64,000 bases of DNA from contig NC_092679.1 in the NCBI RefSeq assembly GCF_964355755.1, forward strand, positions 10,709,432 through 10,773,431, written 5' to 3'. A model generated the notes under the pieces. The model made no database searches and was not told the DNA's origin. It saw nothing but the letters and a program-made list of their open reading frames with translations. A program made the position numbers and the translations under genes. Positions within the stretch are counted from its first letter, which is position 1. Each line of letters begins with the position of its first letter. Source of the DNA: Antedon mediterranea (taxonomy: Eukaryota > Animalia > Echinodermata). Positions 1-12,700 of this stretch are shown here, piece after piece.

Positions 1-2033
1 CTCTCACTGGCCTCATAAGCTTTGTAAAAGATTACTTTACAATTAAAAAGTTTAGATTAATATAATGCATAATAATATAATGCATGCATATAAAGTGTAA
101 TAACCCTCCGACGTACTAAACAAAATGGACGTTGCGATTTTCTAGGCTCTGAAGGCAAATGATTTTTCTCTTTTAATTTTGTTATGCTGTCGGAAGTTCG
201 GCAACATTATTCCTGATATCACCTTAAACACCTCGGTGTAAATGAATGACTTACGAAAGTTGGAAAAGCTCTCAAAAAAATCCGTAAAAAAGCCGATTTA
301 ATATAGGCCTAGTCTAGGGCCTACGGTGTACGATGAAATCGGTCGCGTCTGAAATCGGTCGCGTTTGAAATCGGTCGCGATAAAATCAACTTCCGGTATT
401 TTGTATGGTGCGCCGCTAGAGCTTTACTTTTGATGATATCGGTCGCGTTTGAAATCGGTCGCGTTTTAACTCGGTCGCGCTATTTTGTATGGAGCGAGAT
501 GCATGCTACAGTGGCGGGATATACATTTTCTTCGTTTATATAGATTCTAATTGATTTTTTAGGAACTAGATTATTTATGTGGATATTTTTTATTTGGTTA
601 TTAAATATTTATTATCAATCATTAATTTTTTTATTTATTTCACAGGTCTCGGAGAAGGTGTCTCTTCAAAAAGGCCGTTTATAAACACGTTTAAATATTA
701 TATTAGTAGGCATATAATAATTTACCTATTTATAATATGTGCTGTAACTAATTAATATTATATAGAGAATATACGTCTGTGTCTTTTATTATGCAAACAA
801 TTACGTAAAAGAGAACAATTTATTTAAAAACAACAATTGTTACAATGTATAGCCCGTAAAGCCAGCGTATCCATTTTATACTATGCATACTGTGCGATAC
901 CATATTCATGTCGTTAACAACTTACTATTCGATCACCTTATTTTTATTTCTATTTTATTTATGTCCGTACGTTATGTAGAATAATATTAAATATATAATG
1001 ATTATTGTTGAAATAGTTTTTAGTAAAAATGATTATTATAATGCGGATCGTTAAAAGGCGAGTTTGAAATAAACCCCCAAATAAGCTATATCGGAGATGC
1101 GCCTTCTTATGATCTTGCAGCTGTTTCCTCTAACAGAAAGTTATTTTGCTGACGGGGATTCCCCTTTTTAAAAAAACATGCACAGTATGTCAAATCATGG
1201 CCAAAATACGTACGATCGTTGTCCATGGCCACTAATAACCATACGTTTGAAACATCTATAGGCCTCCTGCACGTGTTTTTGTGAAACGATGTATATAATT
1301 TACGTATATACGTCGGCGATACTATAGTTTTTAATTTGAATATCTTTTATTTCTTCATTTATAATAATCATGTAATGTAAATAATTACAGTAAGTACAAC
1401 TCAGTGTCTCGCATCCATACGCCGTTCGTATCTAAATGTTCAAATATCAGTGCAGATTACCTCATTATTAAATAATATTCTACTGAGCTGTATAGGCCCG
1501 GTAGATTGATTTATAACGGCAAATTATCTATATACAGTAGTTTATTATTATCCTAAAATCATGCTCATGTCAGAGTGGAGGATATCGAATGTAAAAATCA
1601 CCGTCATGCATCATCTTCCTTTTTGCATAACCTCATTGAGCTGGTATCCACTTGCAGGTATAGAACGAGTTTCGTAATTAACTATGATTAAAAAATATGC
1701 AATAGGCACGTCTACTTGTTTAACTAATAAATTATTTCAACATTTTCAAAACTTTAAACAGTGGCAGCCAATCTTTTCAAAAATTTATAAATAATTAATA
1801 TAAATTTATAATATAATAATAAATAAATAATATTCAATAAAACATTTTCAAAATGACTTTCTGAACGAACACATTACAATTCATTGACATCTGTAAAATA
1901 AAATGAAAACACAAATTATTTAGAAATAATGAGATAAATATTTATATTTACTGTACATTAAAAATGTATCATCTACGTGCGTCCCATACAAATTAGCGAG
2001 ACCAAAATAACACGCGACTGATATCAAACGTAA

Positions 2034-3285
2034 GGCCAAATAAAAAAATATACTTGTTAAGCGTCACACCCTCATAAATTTTCAGGGGCGGGGGGACGGT
2101 TTTTTTGTGTTTTTTTTTAACTTTTTATAGAGGTATATTTTTGCGCGGTGGACGTTTTTCCCCACTTTTTTTAGGACGAAACGTCAAACTTTTAAAATGC
2201 GAAACAGAACAAAATTGACTATGTATGAAATATTATTGCTTATGACAAAATTGAGTTTTGTATTGTTTATATCCAGACGTAATTAAAACATTAAATTTAA
2301 TTGCCACCAAGCGAAATTGTAGGCCCTAGGCTAACTAATCCGTCCAAGCTGCTACCCCCACCTCACTCATCGGCCATCCGCCGTCTCTCGCTCGACTCAT
2401 CTATCCAGGAAATTCCCTATCGCGAGAAGCATGATTTGGTCTCAATAATACTAAATAGTGGGCTGATTTATAGTTTGAAAACAGCTTATGGCATTTCTTA
2501 AGTGAATTTTTATTCAACGTATTTATTCTTCTTTGATGAATCCTTTGCCAATTGCTGTGTAAATCAGTATTTAAAGTTGTGATGCAAAAAGTGTATGTAA
2601 TTATTCCACAGGTAAACCAGGCATAAGGAAACCCATCGCCCAACAGGACCTCGTGGTGTGCCGATCTCGAGCGCGAGATCATCGTAAACAAAATTGGTAG
2701 AGTCCATTATGTATGGGGTGTTTCCTATTTACGAACCTATAAAAAAGCGCGCTTTGACCACTGTGTAGGCAAAATATTTATTTCGTTAAATCCCTAAATT
2801 GATAATCGCGTATTCTGTAATCACGTGACTGATGATGTAATCCTCAGCGACTAAATGCACATGATTTAATGTGTTGGGGAAAAAGCTTGCTGTTTACCAC
2901 ATTACATGATTCACGGTGCTATTCGCGTTTCCTTGACGTAAATCGGCGGCGTGTAAATGAAACAATTGTTTTCACCAAATTGCCGTTGTCGACATAGAGC
3001 GATCGGCGGCTAGCGTTGTCTAAGCTAAAAAGTACGTATTTTTCAAAAATTACACTAGCCTAACAAACATTTGCTAGTTTTGAAATTTTCAAATAGCAAT
3101 TATGAAGAATCTACTAGCAAAATGCTAGTTTGCTAGCGTGAATTTCGAGCCCTACTCTGGAGCTGGGCCGGGCCGCTGAACTTTCCGTTGTATATCGGTA
3201 AAAAAAAAAAAAAAATAAAAAGAGAGGCGGCTGGATAATCAGGAGCGGGCGGTGACGCTTAACAAGTATGTTTTTTTATTTGGCC
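2034..3285. mobile_element. MITE with TAA target duplication, PIF/Harbinger-like
   Basis: TAA|GGCCAAATAAAAAAAATATACTTGTTAAGCGTCAC ... GTGACGCTTAACAAGTATGTTTTTTTATTTGGCC|TAA. The superfamily is inferred from the TSD only. Confidence 0.75.
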
Positions 3286-3294
3286 TAACTAATA

Positions 3295-4138
3295 CCGTAT
3301 ATTTCGGTGTATAAGTCGCACTTTTGACACGCAAATTTGACCTCTAAATTAAGGGTGCGTCTAATACACCGAACATAAATGCCTCACCACACAGATTGTA
3401 CATAGGCTAGGCCTAGGCTATCGTCACCTCGTTTGCTAGGCCTGAGTAGGCTAGGCCTAGCTACAGTAACTAACTAACGTAACGGCAACCTGCTTCTGCC
3501 TAGGCCTAGTTTTCAAGTCATTTTAGCATGATGTTATACTAAATATGATGAAAAGATTTGTTCATTATGGCGCTCCGATAAAATTTCATTTGTAAACGTT
3601 TACGTCGTACGATTGGAATAGTATTTATTTATACAGTAGTTATACGCACGATCGCCGTACCCCAAGCGCAAGCCCCTGCTTCTTTTGGTGGCACATGGTG
3701 TACGGTATTCGACTAGTATATTCTCCAGGTGATTATAGCATGGACCTAGCATACACACTTCTCGGATACATAGATACTAATCGAATACGATTGTCCATGA
3801 AAACGTGCGCCCTCTCGAAATGATCGAGCGAGGCTAGCCCACACACGTACGTGCGTGTTACACACACGGTCATGCACTCGATGTTGCGGCGAAACTCATG
3901 AATAACAAGTTAGAAAGAACTTAGAGCCTAGGTAAGAAAAAAACCTAAATAAAGGACGCCGTTGTAGATATAACAAAATATATTATTACAATAATATTGA
4001 TTACAATTTAAAAAAACATTGTTTTGATGAAATATAAGGTGCGTCTTATACATCGACGATATAAAAAATACCGATATTTTACTCTCAGTTGGGGGTGCGT
4101 CTTATACACAGGTGCGACTTATACACCGAAATATACGG
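3295..4138. mobile_element. Tc1/mariner (pogo-type) MITE
   Basis: Perfect 27-bp TIR CCGTATATTTCGGTGTATAAGTCGCAC, TA on both sides, subterminal GGTGCGTCTTATACA repeats. Confidence 0.9.
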
Positions 4139-4259
4139 TATGATAAAAAGCGTATCTAGTGGCGCTCCATACAAAATACATACCAGATGTTGATTTTATC
4201 GCGACCGATTTCAAAGTACGCGACCAATTTCAAGCGTGACCGATTTCATCTGACACCGG

Positions 4260-5345
4260 CCCTACTAGCTAGGCTAGCCTAATATAATTAATGGCCTAGG
4301 CCTAGGGCCTAACCGAAAATTGGGACAAACCGCTAATTTAATTAGAGTAGGCCTAGGCCTATATCCTAGCTAGCTAGGCCTAACTAATTAAGACAGTACA
4401 TACAGTAGAGAGGGTGAAAACTAATCAAATTAGACTAGGCTAGCCCAGGAGGCTAGGCCTAACCTACTACTACTAGCCTCGCTCTAGTAGCAAGGCCTAG
4501 GCTAGGCGGCCCTACCTAATCCCACTACCCTAGCCTACCTAGGGCCTAGGCCTAGCCTAGTCTAGCCTCTACTTGGGCCTAAAACGGTACCTTTAAAACA
4601 CGATGCACTGAAGTCAACGAACCAAGTCGCCGTCGACAGAACACAGTTTATTTCCACAAAATGTTTTGCCGATTGCTTCGTCTGTGGAAGTATTTCAATT
4701 TCTGGCGCCCAATTCCTGCCTGTTGTACCGTAGCGCGTAGATCCCCCTGGCCTAGGCCTAGGCCAATAACAAAGAATATATCACAAAAAACAAAAAGCGT
4801 TAACAGTCTAGCCCTAGCAGCTAGAGTAGGTGGGCTAGTCGATAGGATGATACAGTATTATTTTTTATTGCATTCTGTTCTTCGTGGGCCGGGTATTTGT
4901 TTTCCACTGTGATTTTGCGTCGTGGCGCGCGTAACAGCGTCACTTTTGTGTTTCGAACTCCCTCAAACCGTCATAAGTCTGATAATTAATTTTGGTCGTC
5001 GTCGTGTCTTCTTGTGTTCTGATGGATGATGTGGAACGTGACAGCAAGATTTTTGTTTGATGCATGCCGGCCGTGTACTTCGTGGAACGGATGTTGTATG
5101 ATGTGAATGATGATGTAGGTCTAGGCCTAGCCCTAGAGAGGAAGGCTTAGGCGAAGAAACCTAGGCTAGGCCTATGTCTTTATTACTCTTTTCGGCCTCT
5201 TTTCAATTAATTCATGGTATTTTTTAACGTATGTTGCCTGGCCTGGTTAATTAATGTTGAGCCTAGGCTAGCCCTAGCAGTAGTGTAGCTGTAGGCTAGT
5301 AGCAGCAGTAGCCTACTACTAGGCTAGGCCTAGCTTAGCTAGGCC
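4260..5345. promoter_or_regulatory. CpG-rich island dense in TAGGCCTA/CTAG palindromes; candidate promoter region upstream of ERMARD
   Basis: Raised GC and CpG plus many CTAGGCCTAG variants about 1.3-2.3 kb upstream of the first coding exon. Promoter function is inference; it could be transposon interior. Confidence 0.35.
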
Positions 5346-5576
5346 TTTTGATCATTTCGGCCGCCGGTTATGGAATTGCCAATTCATGAAACGCCAAAAA
5401 GAACAAAATATGTATTGTTCATTTCGGTCGCCAGAATTGTAATTATGCTTGAATATGTATGACATGGCATGCATGTGTGTGTGAAAGAGTGTACAGAAAT
5501 ATTTTTATTTATTTTGAACTTCTACTAGGTTTTGAAATAATCACAACATAAGCTGCAACAAAACCTACTAGGGCAA

Positions 5577-6339
5577 GAGCCCATAACATATGATTTCACC
5601 CCATACCACCCAGAAGGTTTGACCTCTTAATGTTGTTAATAATTAATTATTAATTACTATTAATATTACCAAAAACATTTTTAAAAAGTTTGTCAGCCTG
5701 ACACTGGGTCTGCAGACCCCCTAAAAAAATCCCTAAAAACGATTTATTTCACCACATCTCACCCATGGACCAAAATTTGTATAAACATAGAAGTGTGTGG
5801 GGACTGACAAAATATCAGGTCGGAAAGGTCATGTCAGCCCCCTTTAAAGTTTCCCCTCCCAAACACGTTAATTTCATCCCATCTCACCCATGAACCAACA
5901 TTTGTACAAACATTATAATGTGTCAATACATAACAAAAAAACCAAAACTTACAGAATATCAGGTCATGTCTCACCATGAACCAACATTTGTACAAACAGT
6001 GTAATGTGTTAATGTACATAACAAAAATACCAAAACTGATGGAATATCAGGTCGGAAAAGTCATGTCAGCCCCCTTTAAAGTTTCCCCTCCCAAACACGT
6101 TAATTTCATCCCATCTCACCCATGAACCAACATTTGTACAAACATTATAATGTGTCAATAGGTGTCAATACATAACAAAAAAAACCAAAACTGACAGAAT
6201 ATCAGGTCGGAAAGTCAGCTGTCCTTAAAATAGCACCCTTCACCCATACCAAAATTGGTATAAACATTTTTGGAATGTCTTTGATAGTACTGTATTAACC
6301 TTCTAGGTGAAATGGGGTGAAATCATATGTTACGGGCTC
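5577..6339. mobile_element. Non-autonomous TIR element with GAG termini and internal direct repeats (Sola- or MULE-like)
   Basis: About 43-bp TIR GAGCCCATAACATATGATTTCACCCCAT... / ...ATGGGGTGAAATCATATGTTACGGGCTC; internal repeats beginning AATATCAGGTCGGAAA; no clear TSD. Confidence 0.7.
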
Positions 6340-6617
6340 CCAGACTATACACAGTAGTACACATCAATGTAAACTGTAGACTGGGATTAACTTAAATCTT
6401 TATTATTTAACACTTCCCACAACATAAGAACCATGATTCCTGCAAGGGTCTAGTTTAGTTATAAATTTTAAGCACACAAACCAACAATGGAATACACAAT
6501 ATACCAATTGATATCATGCACTGTGTTCTGAATCATATGGTTTATATTAAAAAGGTTGTTGAGACAAATTTTACACAGTTTACCAAAAATCTCATTTTAG
6601 GAAGTTATGTGACAGAG

Positions 6618-6756
6618 ATGGAAGTAAGTTTCTTGTCTGATAATGTTAAGGAGTTATTGTGTAGTACTAACACTGAATTATTGTCATCTCCAACATGTCA
6701 TCTTCAGCTTCCTCAGGGGACTATTCAATGGAAATCATTACAACATGTATTTAAAG
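6618..6756 (+). CDS. ERMARD: ERMARD coding exon 1 ([15 protein letters not shown]...[11 protein letters not shown])
   Basis: ATG at 6618, donor AAAG|GTGAGA, phase 1. An acceptor (ttttag) ending at 6600 suggests an upstream exon, so the start codon is not certain. Confidence 0.78.
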
Positions 6757-9700
6757 GTGAGATATGATGTATTTTTTGCTTTGTGCTGTAGAAAAATCCT
6801 TCTTGACATACAGTACCAGAAACAACTGGGGAAGGTTACAAAAGGTTTAAAATATAATACATGGATGGACATAAAATTCATTGTCCATATCAAATGCAGA
6901 TGTGTCATACATTGATAACTATTATAATATGATTTCACTATATTATGCAGATTTAGACCAACTTCCACCAGACTATACTGAACATGTTCAAAAGTTGGCG
7001 CCAGTTTGTTTTAAAATATCCAGCTGGTTGAAAACGCAAAACATAGAAGATTTGAAAGAAAAATATTCAAAACATCTTCAGTGGACAGGACAACCAGAGG
7101 TATTTAAAGACATTTTTTGTTGCAATTATGATATTATATTGCATTATGGAATGTGGTTCATACGGATTCCCGTTCATACAACCCCATAAAAAAAAACTAT
7201 CCATTGATATGAATGATGAATCAAATGCATGGAGAGTGACAATTTGTTTGCATATTGTTCTGTGAAAACAACAAATTTACTCAACAGAACTCATTGTCAA
7301 CAGGAAAATATATTGATATTCATCCACACGGTTTTTGTTATAACTGAATTCTGAATAACTTCAGGACAACACTAATTAACACCATGTTCTAAATTATAGG
7401 TTTTTTATGAATGTTTTGATGTGTTGCAGTCTAATAATGCTTGTTCAACACATGTAAGCCTTCTCCTATTGACTGCAACATTGGAAAGAGCTATGGGTGA
7501 TGTAAGTGTTGTACTCAAGTTTTCACTTGCAAATCTTAGGACACGTAGAATGTTATAAAAAAAAACAAATGATGTATGTTTTTATTTTCGTGTGGTCCAA
7601 ATAATTTCATTCAATTTTTGACCTCATGAAATTATTTGTGCCATTCCCATTATAAACATTCATTATTCGTATAATATTAAATAGTTGTAGTCATGTTGAC
7701 TGACTTTTCAAGCTTCAGAACTTTACTCTGCAACCCTTAACAGTATAGAATTCGAAGTCTACTGACTTGGATACAAAATTTCCTGTATGGAAGAGTACAG
7801 AGGGTAACTGTTGGTGGACAGTCTTCTCCAAACCTCTATCCTGGAACAATCACATCGATTCTACAAAGTCATTGGGTTTTCTGCATCATAATCTCGGGAA
7901 ATGTCCAAAAGATGCTACAACACTTTTTGCTGAATATTCAAGTTGTGTCTGAGATCCCATACAGTAAAAATAAACAAAAAATAGAGTCGGCTACGGGTGC
8001 ATTTTGGGTGGAGGGAGTCATTGAACTTAACATTGAGGATAAATATGATAGTGAATGGCATTTGAACGTTGTAAACACACAAAGCAACAGTGGTGTTGGT
8101 AGTCTTGTCTGAGGGAATGGTGGGAGGGCGTTTATCTAGGTAAGCTAGCACTCATAGACTACCAACACCACTGTTGCTTTGTGTAGTCTATTTCGTGCCT
8201 AGCTTAGATGGATAAACCGATAATAGCCAGTGTAGCAGATACTAGATACTAGTCGGTGGTGGGAGACAAGTTACAAAAAGCTTTGGTTATCCATTACCTT
8301 CAGCTCTACTGTGCCTACTGGTGTAATGTTGTGGAGATAACGATAATTTTGACTGTGTTCGCCACCTAGGTGGCATTACCTGTATGCAACACCTATGAAA
8401 CCACATGCAACTGATGCATGTGAATTGGTGGTGGAAGAGTGACTGATAAAGCTAAATTTCCCTACCGGTCCCTCACGCTCTTGCGCATGCTCCTCGTCGG
8501 AGAGTGTGACCATCATGTCACTTTCATAACCCCTGACAATGGACGGACCCTCAGCCACAGATGCCTGAGGCGGGGGATGTAGTTCTATATTTGGAACTGG
8601 GGAAGGGCCGTGGGAGAAGGTACAGAGGGAATCTCCCTTGGCAACACTCTCACAGCTGCTGCGATGGCTTACAGAACTGCCTGGACAGAACATCCGGGTC
8701 TGTAGAAGTTGCAGCGGGTGCAGGCATAGCGAGAATAGCATCATCATGTACGAGTGTAGGATCATGAACACAGTCGGCAATCCACGAGCAGTCAAGCATC
8801 TTGCTAGGTAATCTTTCCTAATACAAGCCACATAAAATGATACTCACCCCTAAAACAGATTTTAGGAAGGAGAGTGCAACTCGCGTCAGCATTCATGTGG
8901 AGTCATGCCGAGATACACCTGACTGGTGTATCAGAGCGGCTAGATCGATACGCAGGTACGTGTTGCTTGGTGCTTGGCTGCCTAGGCCTAGCGTAACATC
9001 AAAGCGAGTGAGGACTTTAAAAACTGCTATTTATCAAAATTGACCTGGCATTTTAGTAAATTACTTTAGTAAATTACTTTCAATAAAAGTATAATTATTA
9101 TATTATAATGTCGTGGTACGTGAGACCATGCCCGGATTAATTTGGAAGTTTTCTCCCCGGGTATCAAGCGTGCGAGGCTTGGCTCAAATGAATGCAATAT
9201 CAAGACCAACAGAAAGACAACAAGTTGTTGATTGCCGTTACCATACCATTTATTGTGTACGAATCAACGTTACTCAGAAAATAAAGAGAGCGAAGGAAAA
9301 AGCCCTGCAAATATACAAACAAGCGTTACATAATTTCAATATCAATCAGTTTATAACTTCACTTTACCACTGTATTACCACTATACTTAAACACACTGTG
9401 TACAAACTGGTTATCATTAGGAACAATACAATCAATTAAACGTCATTACAAATGATTAATACCTGAATCAACTTGAATGATGTATTTACTAATTAAGAAC
9501 GAAAGATCGTACAGCAATCAACCATTTCTCTATAAATTGAAGTAAAGATTTGAGAACATTATTTGCTTTATTTAAGTTGTATGCATGCAATTTCGTATAA
9601 TAAATTAACAGGCAATGATCCGTCTATCGTGTAATATAATTCTTTTTACTACTTACAATGGTAACCGTAACTTCAACAACGGCTTAATAATATATATACA

Positions 9701-12700
9701 ACACGGTAACGAAAATCACATCTTCCTGTGTTTGCAACAAAAGCTTTTCTGACGCGCAGACAAAAAAACCAGGTAGTTAACCAAAACATCACCTATATGC
9801 AAATGCGCCAAACACAATGCTCGCAAAACAACTAGCAGCAAGACACTTATATGCAAATACGCAGAACGCACACGAACAACAACTGATCCATGACAATAAT
9901 CATGAATCATTCCTGATTCAAATGCAAAATGTGCAAAATAGATTAAATACTATACTCGTTTTGTAGTTACGAATATGACTGGTGATATTCGTCAACACGA
10001 ATACGCTTTACGAATATGAAATGGGGATCAGCTCAAAAGTTTCACAAATGTGTGACGTATCCGTTTTCGTTATTGTATTTGTAAGGTTGTGAAAACTCCC
10101 TAATAAATGTATTGGTAACCAAATATTCTTGAGATTTATTTATGAACAAAACAAAACCTGCCTGATAGATGGACGACACCGGATGTGAGATGCCATAGTT
10201 GCTACACTGCTTACTGCACATGCCAGCTCACACTCTGCTTCAAACCAGACTAAGGTTTGACGAGTTAAACGGCCATCAATATCATCAGCTACCAAAGTCA
10301 CTGGAAAGGAAAGAAACATTCAGCTGATGGAATGCTGCAATGATCAATTAAGAAGGGACCTGATGCGATTGACCACAGGTATATTAACTACAAAGGCTGA
10401 AAACCGACATCCTTGCTGGAATGAGAAAGTTTGCTGTTAGAGGGGAGAAACGCATGGTTTTCCGTGATTATACGATCGTTTGCTGCTTTGTCATCTGTGT
10501 GCAAATTTACTGTAAAGTGTATGGATTCCCAGACCGATATTTTGATCAGGAGATTCAGCTTAACCTACTTAGGGAACGCAACCAAGATATGACATTGGAA
10601 GCAGTAATTTTGTATATTGAGACAAAGAAGCTTGTAAGCGCTCTTCGTCTCGTCTTTTAACTACAGCAGCATCGGCCAACAGCAACAGGCAAAGATTGGC
10701 TCTGACCCCATTTGTACATATTGCGGCAATAAAGGACATGGTGCGAGGAGTTCACCAACAATGCGCAGGCAGTTATGCCCTGCCTATGGTAAAACCTGTT
10801 CAAAATGTGGCATTAAACATCATATTGAATCAGTCTGTCGATCTTTGTCAAAGAAAGGTGATGCTAACAGTATAACATTCCATGCAGATATGGTTGTTGC
10901 TCGGCCTCTTGCTCTTGACCATCACATATATGATGACTTGAATGGTACTCGAAAATGGCATTCGAAAGATAGCAGGACCGTATCCATTCACCAAGCTCAT
11001 GGTACAAGTCTTACCAGAGGACTATCATGCACTGGGGTATAACCTCTCACAAAGTACTCAAAAAATTGAAGCCTTGGTCATGGTTGATAATGGTTGTCAA
11101 AGTTGCTTGGCTGGTATTCGAATGAAAAATACATTGCTGCAGAAACATGATCTAAATGCATTGTTAATTTTTTTTCCGTAAAATTGTGGTGGTAAGTTGT
11201 TTTCATGTTCAACAATATATCAAACCATTTTTATTTGTTTTGTTTGCGGTACACAACGGAAGAGGTTGCGTAGTTGATACAACTTAACAACTCGCGAAAC
11301 ATAATAATAATAATACAGTATTAACAAGAACATAAATAATAAAATAATAATAAATAATATAAAAGATTATAAATTTAATAATATCCTCAATAATAGCCTA
11401 ATAAAATTTCTAAAAACAATAAGATATTAACAATTTTGATAATAATGACAATAAATAAATATACTTATATAGGCCTATACTCCATCAAAAGTTAAGTTTT
11501 GTACTTTTTCACTATTGTATAATTCATTTCTTTTTCTTTTTTTTTAAACTTATGAACGCACCGTCATAAAACATGTGCCGCTGTTCTAAAAGCATCTGTT
11601 CAATAAAGCTATTATTATTATGGCCGCTGAGACATAAAATTACTGTTATTTTTTGCCTTTTTTTAGTATTTATCCTTAAAATTCAGAAAAGTGTTTCTTA
11701 ATTTCGACAATACATGAGTACCACGATCATAAAACTTTGTCATTACTTGTTGACATAACTGTAAGCAATCTCTGTGGTTGCAGCAATGTGTGTGACGGAA
11801 AGTGACCTTAACTTTCTGCTCATCAACAACTGAGCGGGAGAACACTTTAAACCTGCAATTTGTGAATAACAATAGTCTAGTAGTGCAAGATGAAAATCAC
11901 TTCCCTCATCAACAGACTTCTAACGAGTTGCTAATAGGTTTGCATGAAACGTTCAACTTGACCATTACTTCTGTCATATGTCTCTGTAGCTAGTATTGCT
12001 TCTTCAATCTTAGCTTTACTTATGGGCAATATTTCGTCTAGACTATGCACTCTATACTTCAACTGTTCAAGGGGTTGGGCATCACAATCAACCGTATCAG
12101 GATATGCTCTGCTGAAAGCATCAGCTATGTACATATACTTTCCAGGAACATACTTCACATCAAGTTCATACTTCATCAATTTGAGCAGTTAACGCCGTAT
12201 TATTATAAAATAATTGTTTTCTTTGGCGGAAATCAGCCACGTACAACCATAAATACGGCGTTATAATGCCCTAAAATACAATCTGTTCACACGTACATAC
12301 GCATGCGTAGTATATCAACAAACCTCTCGGCGCATTCACAGATTTTAGAAAGTTACATGGTACATTACTGGCCATCTTTGTGTCCAACATGCCTATGTAG
12401 AGTATGGAGTCGAGTCTTTTGCTTAAAAAATGTATAACATTCACAAGGTTTTAAATATCTAATTTAATATCAAACAATCAATTTGTTTAAAGGTTTTTGT
12501 TAAGATAATTAGGCAATCATAAAGTTACTGTGAAGATGATTTTAAACAACAAAATGTAAAAACTCCATGCACGCTCTACGCGTGCATGGAGCGCACAGCC
12601 AGAGCCGTTAAGTTAAATGCATTAAAGCTTTTTTTGTTGTTTAAAATCATCAAAATAATGTTATTATTATTTTAACAAAAACCTTTAAACAAATTGATTG

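Larger units (their letters stand above)
325..4257. mobile_element. Non-autonomous MULE-like DNA transposon with tandem-repeat TIRs, carrying two nested MITEs
   Basis: GGTGTACGATGAAATCGGTCGCG... at left and its inverted counterpart ...CCGATTTCATCTGACACC at right; repeated GAAATCGGTCGCG units; flanks GGGCCTAC / GGCCCTAC (8 bp, 1 mismatch). Confidence 0.75.

Noticed and set aside
3055-3154. hAT-like terminus (...AATTTCGAGCCCTA)
   Set aside because: No matching opposite end or 8-bp TSD was found.
4591-4751. Minus-strand coding exon with plausible splice sites
   Set aside because: One frame is open but the peptide is unrecognisable and I found no partner exons.
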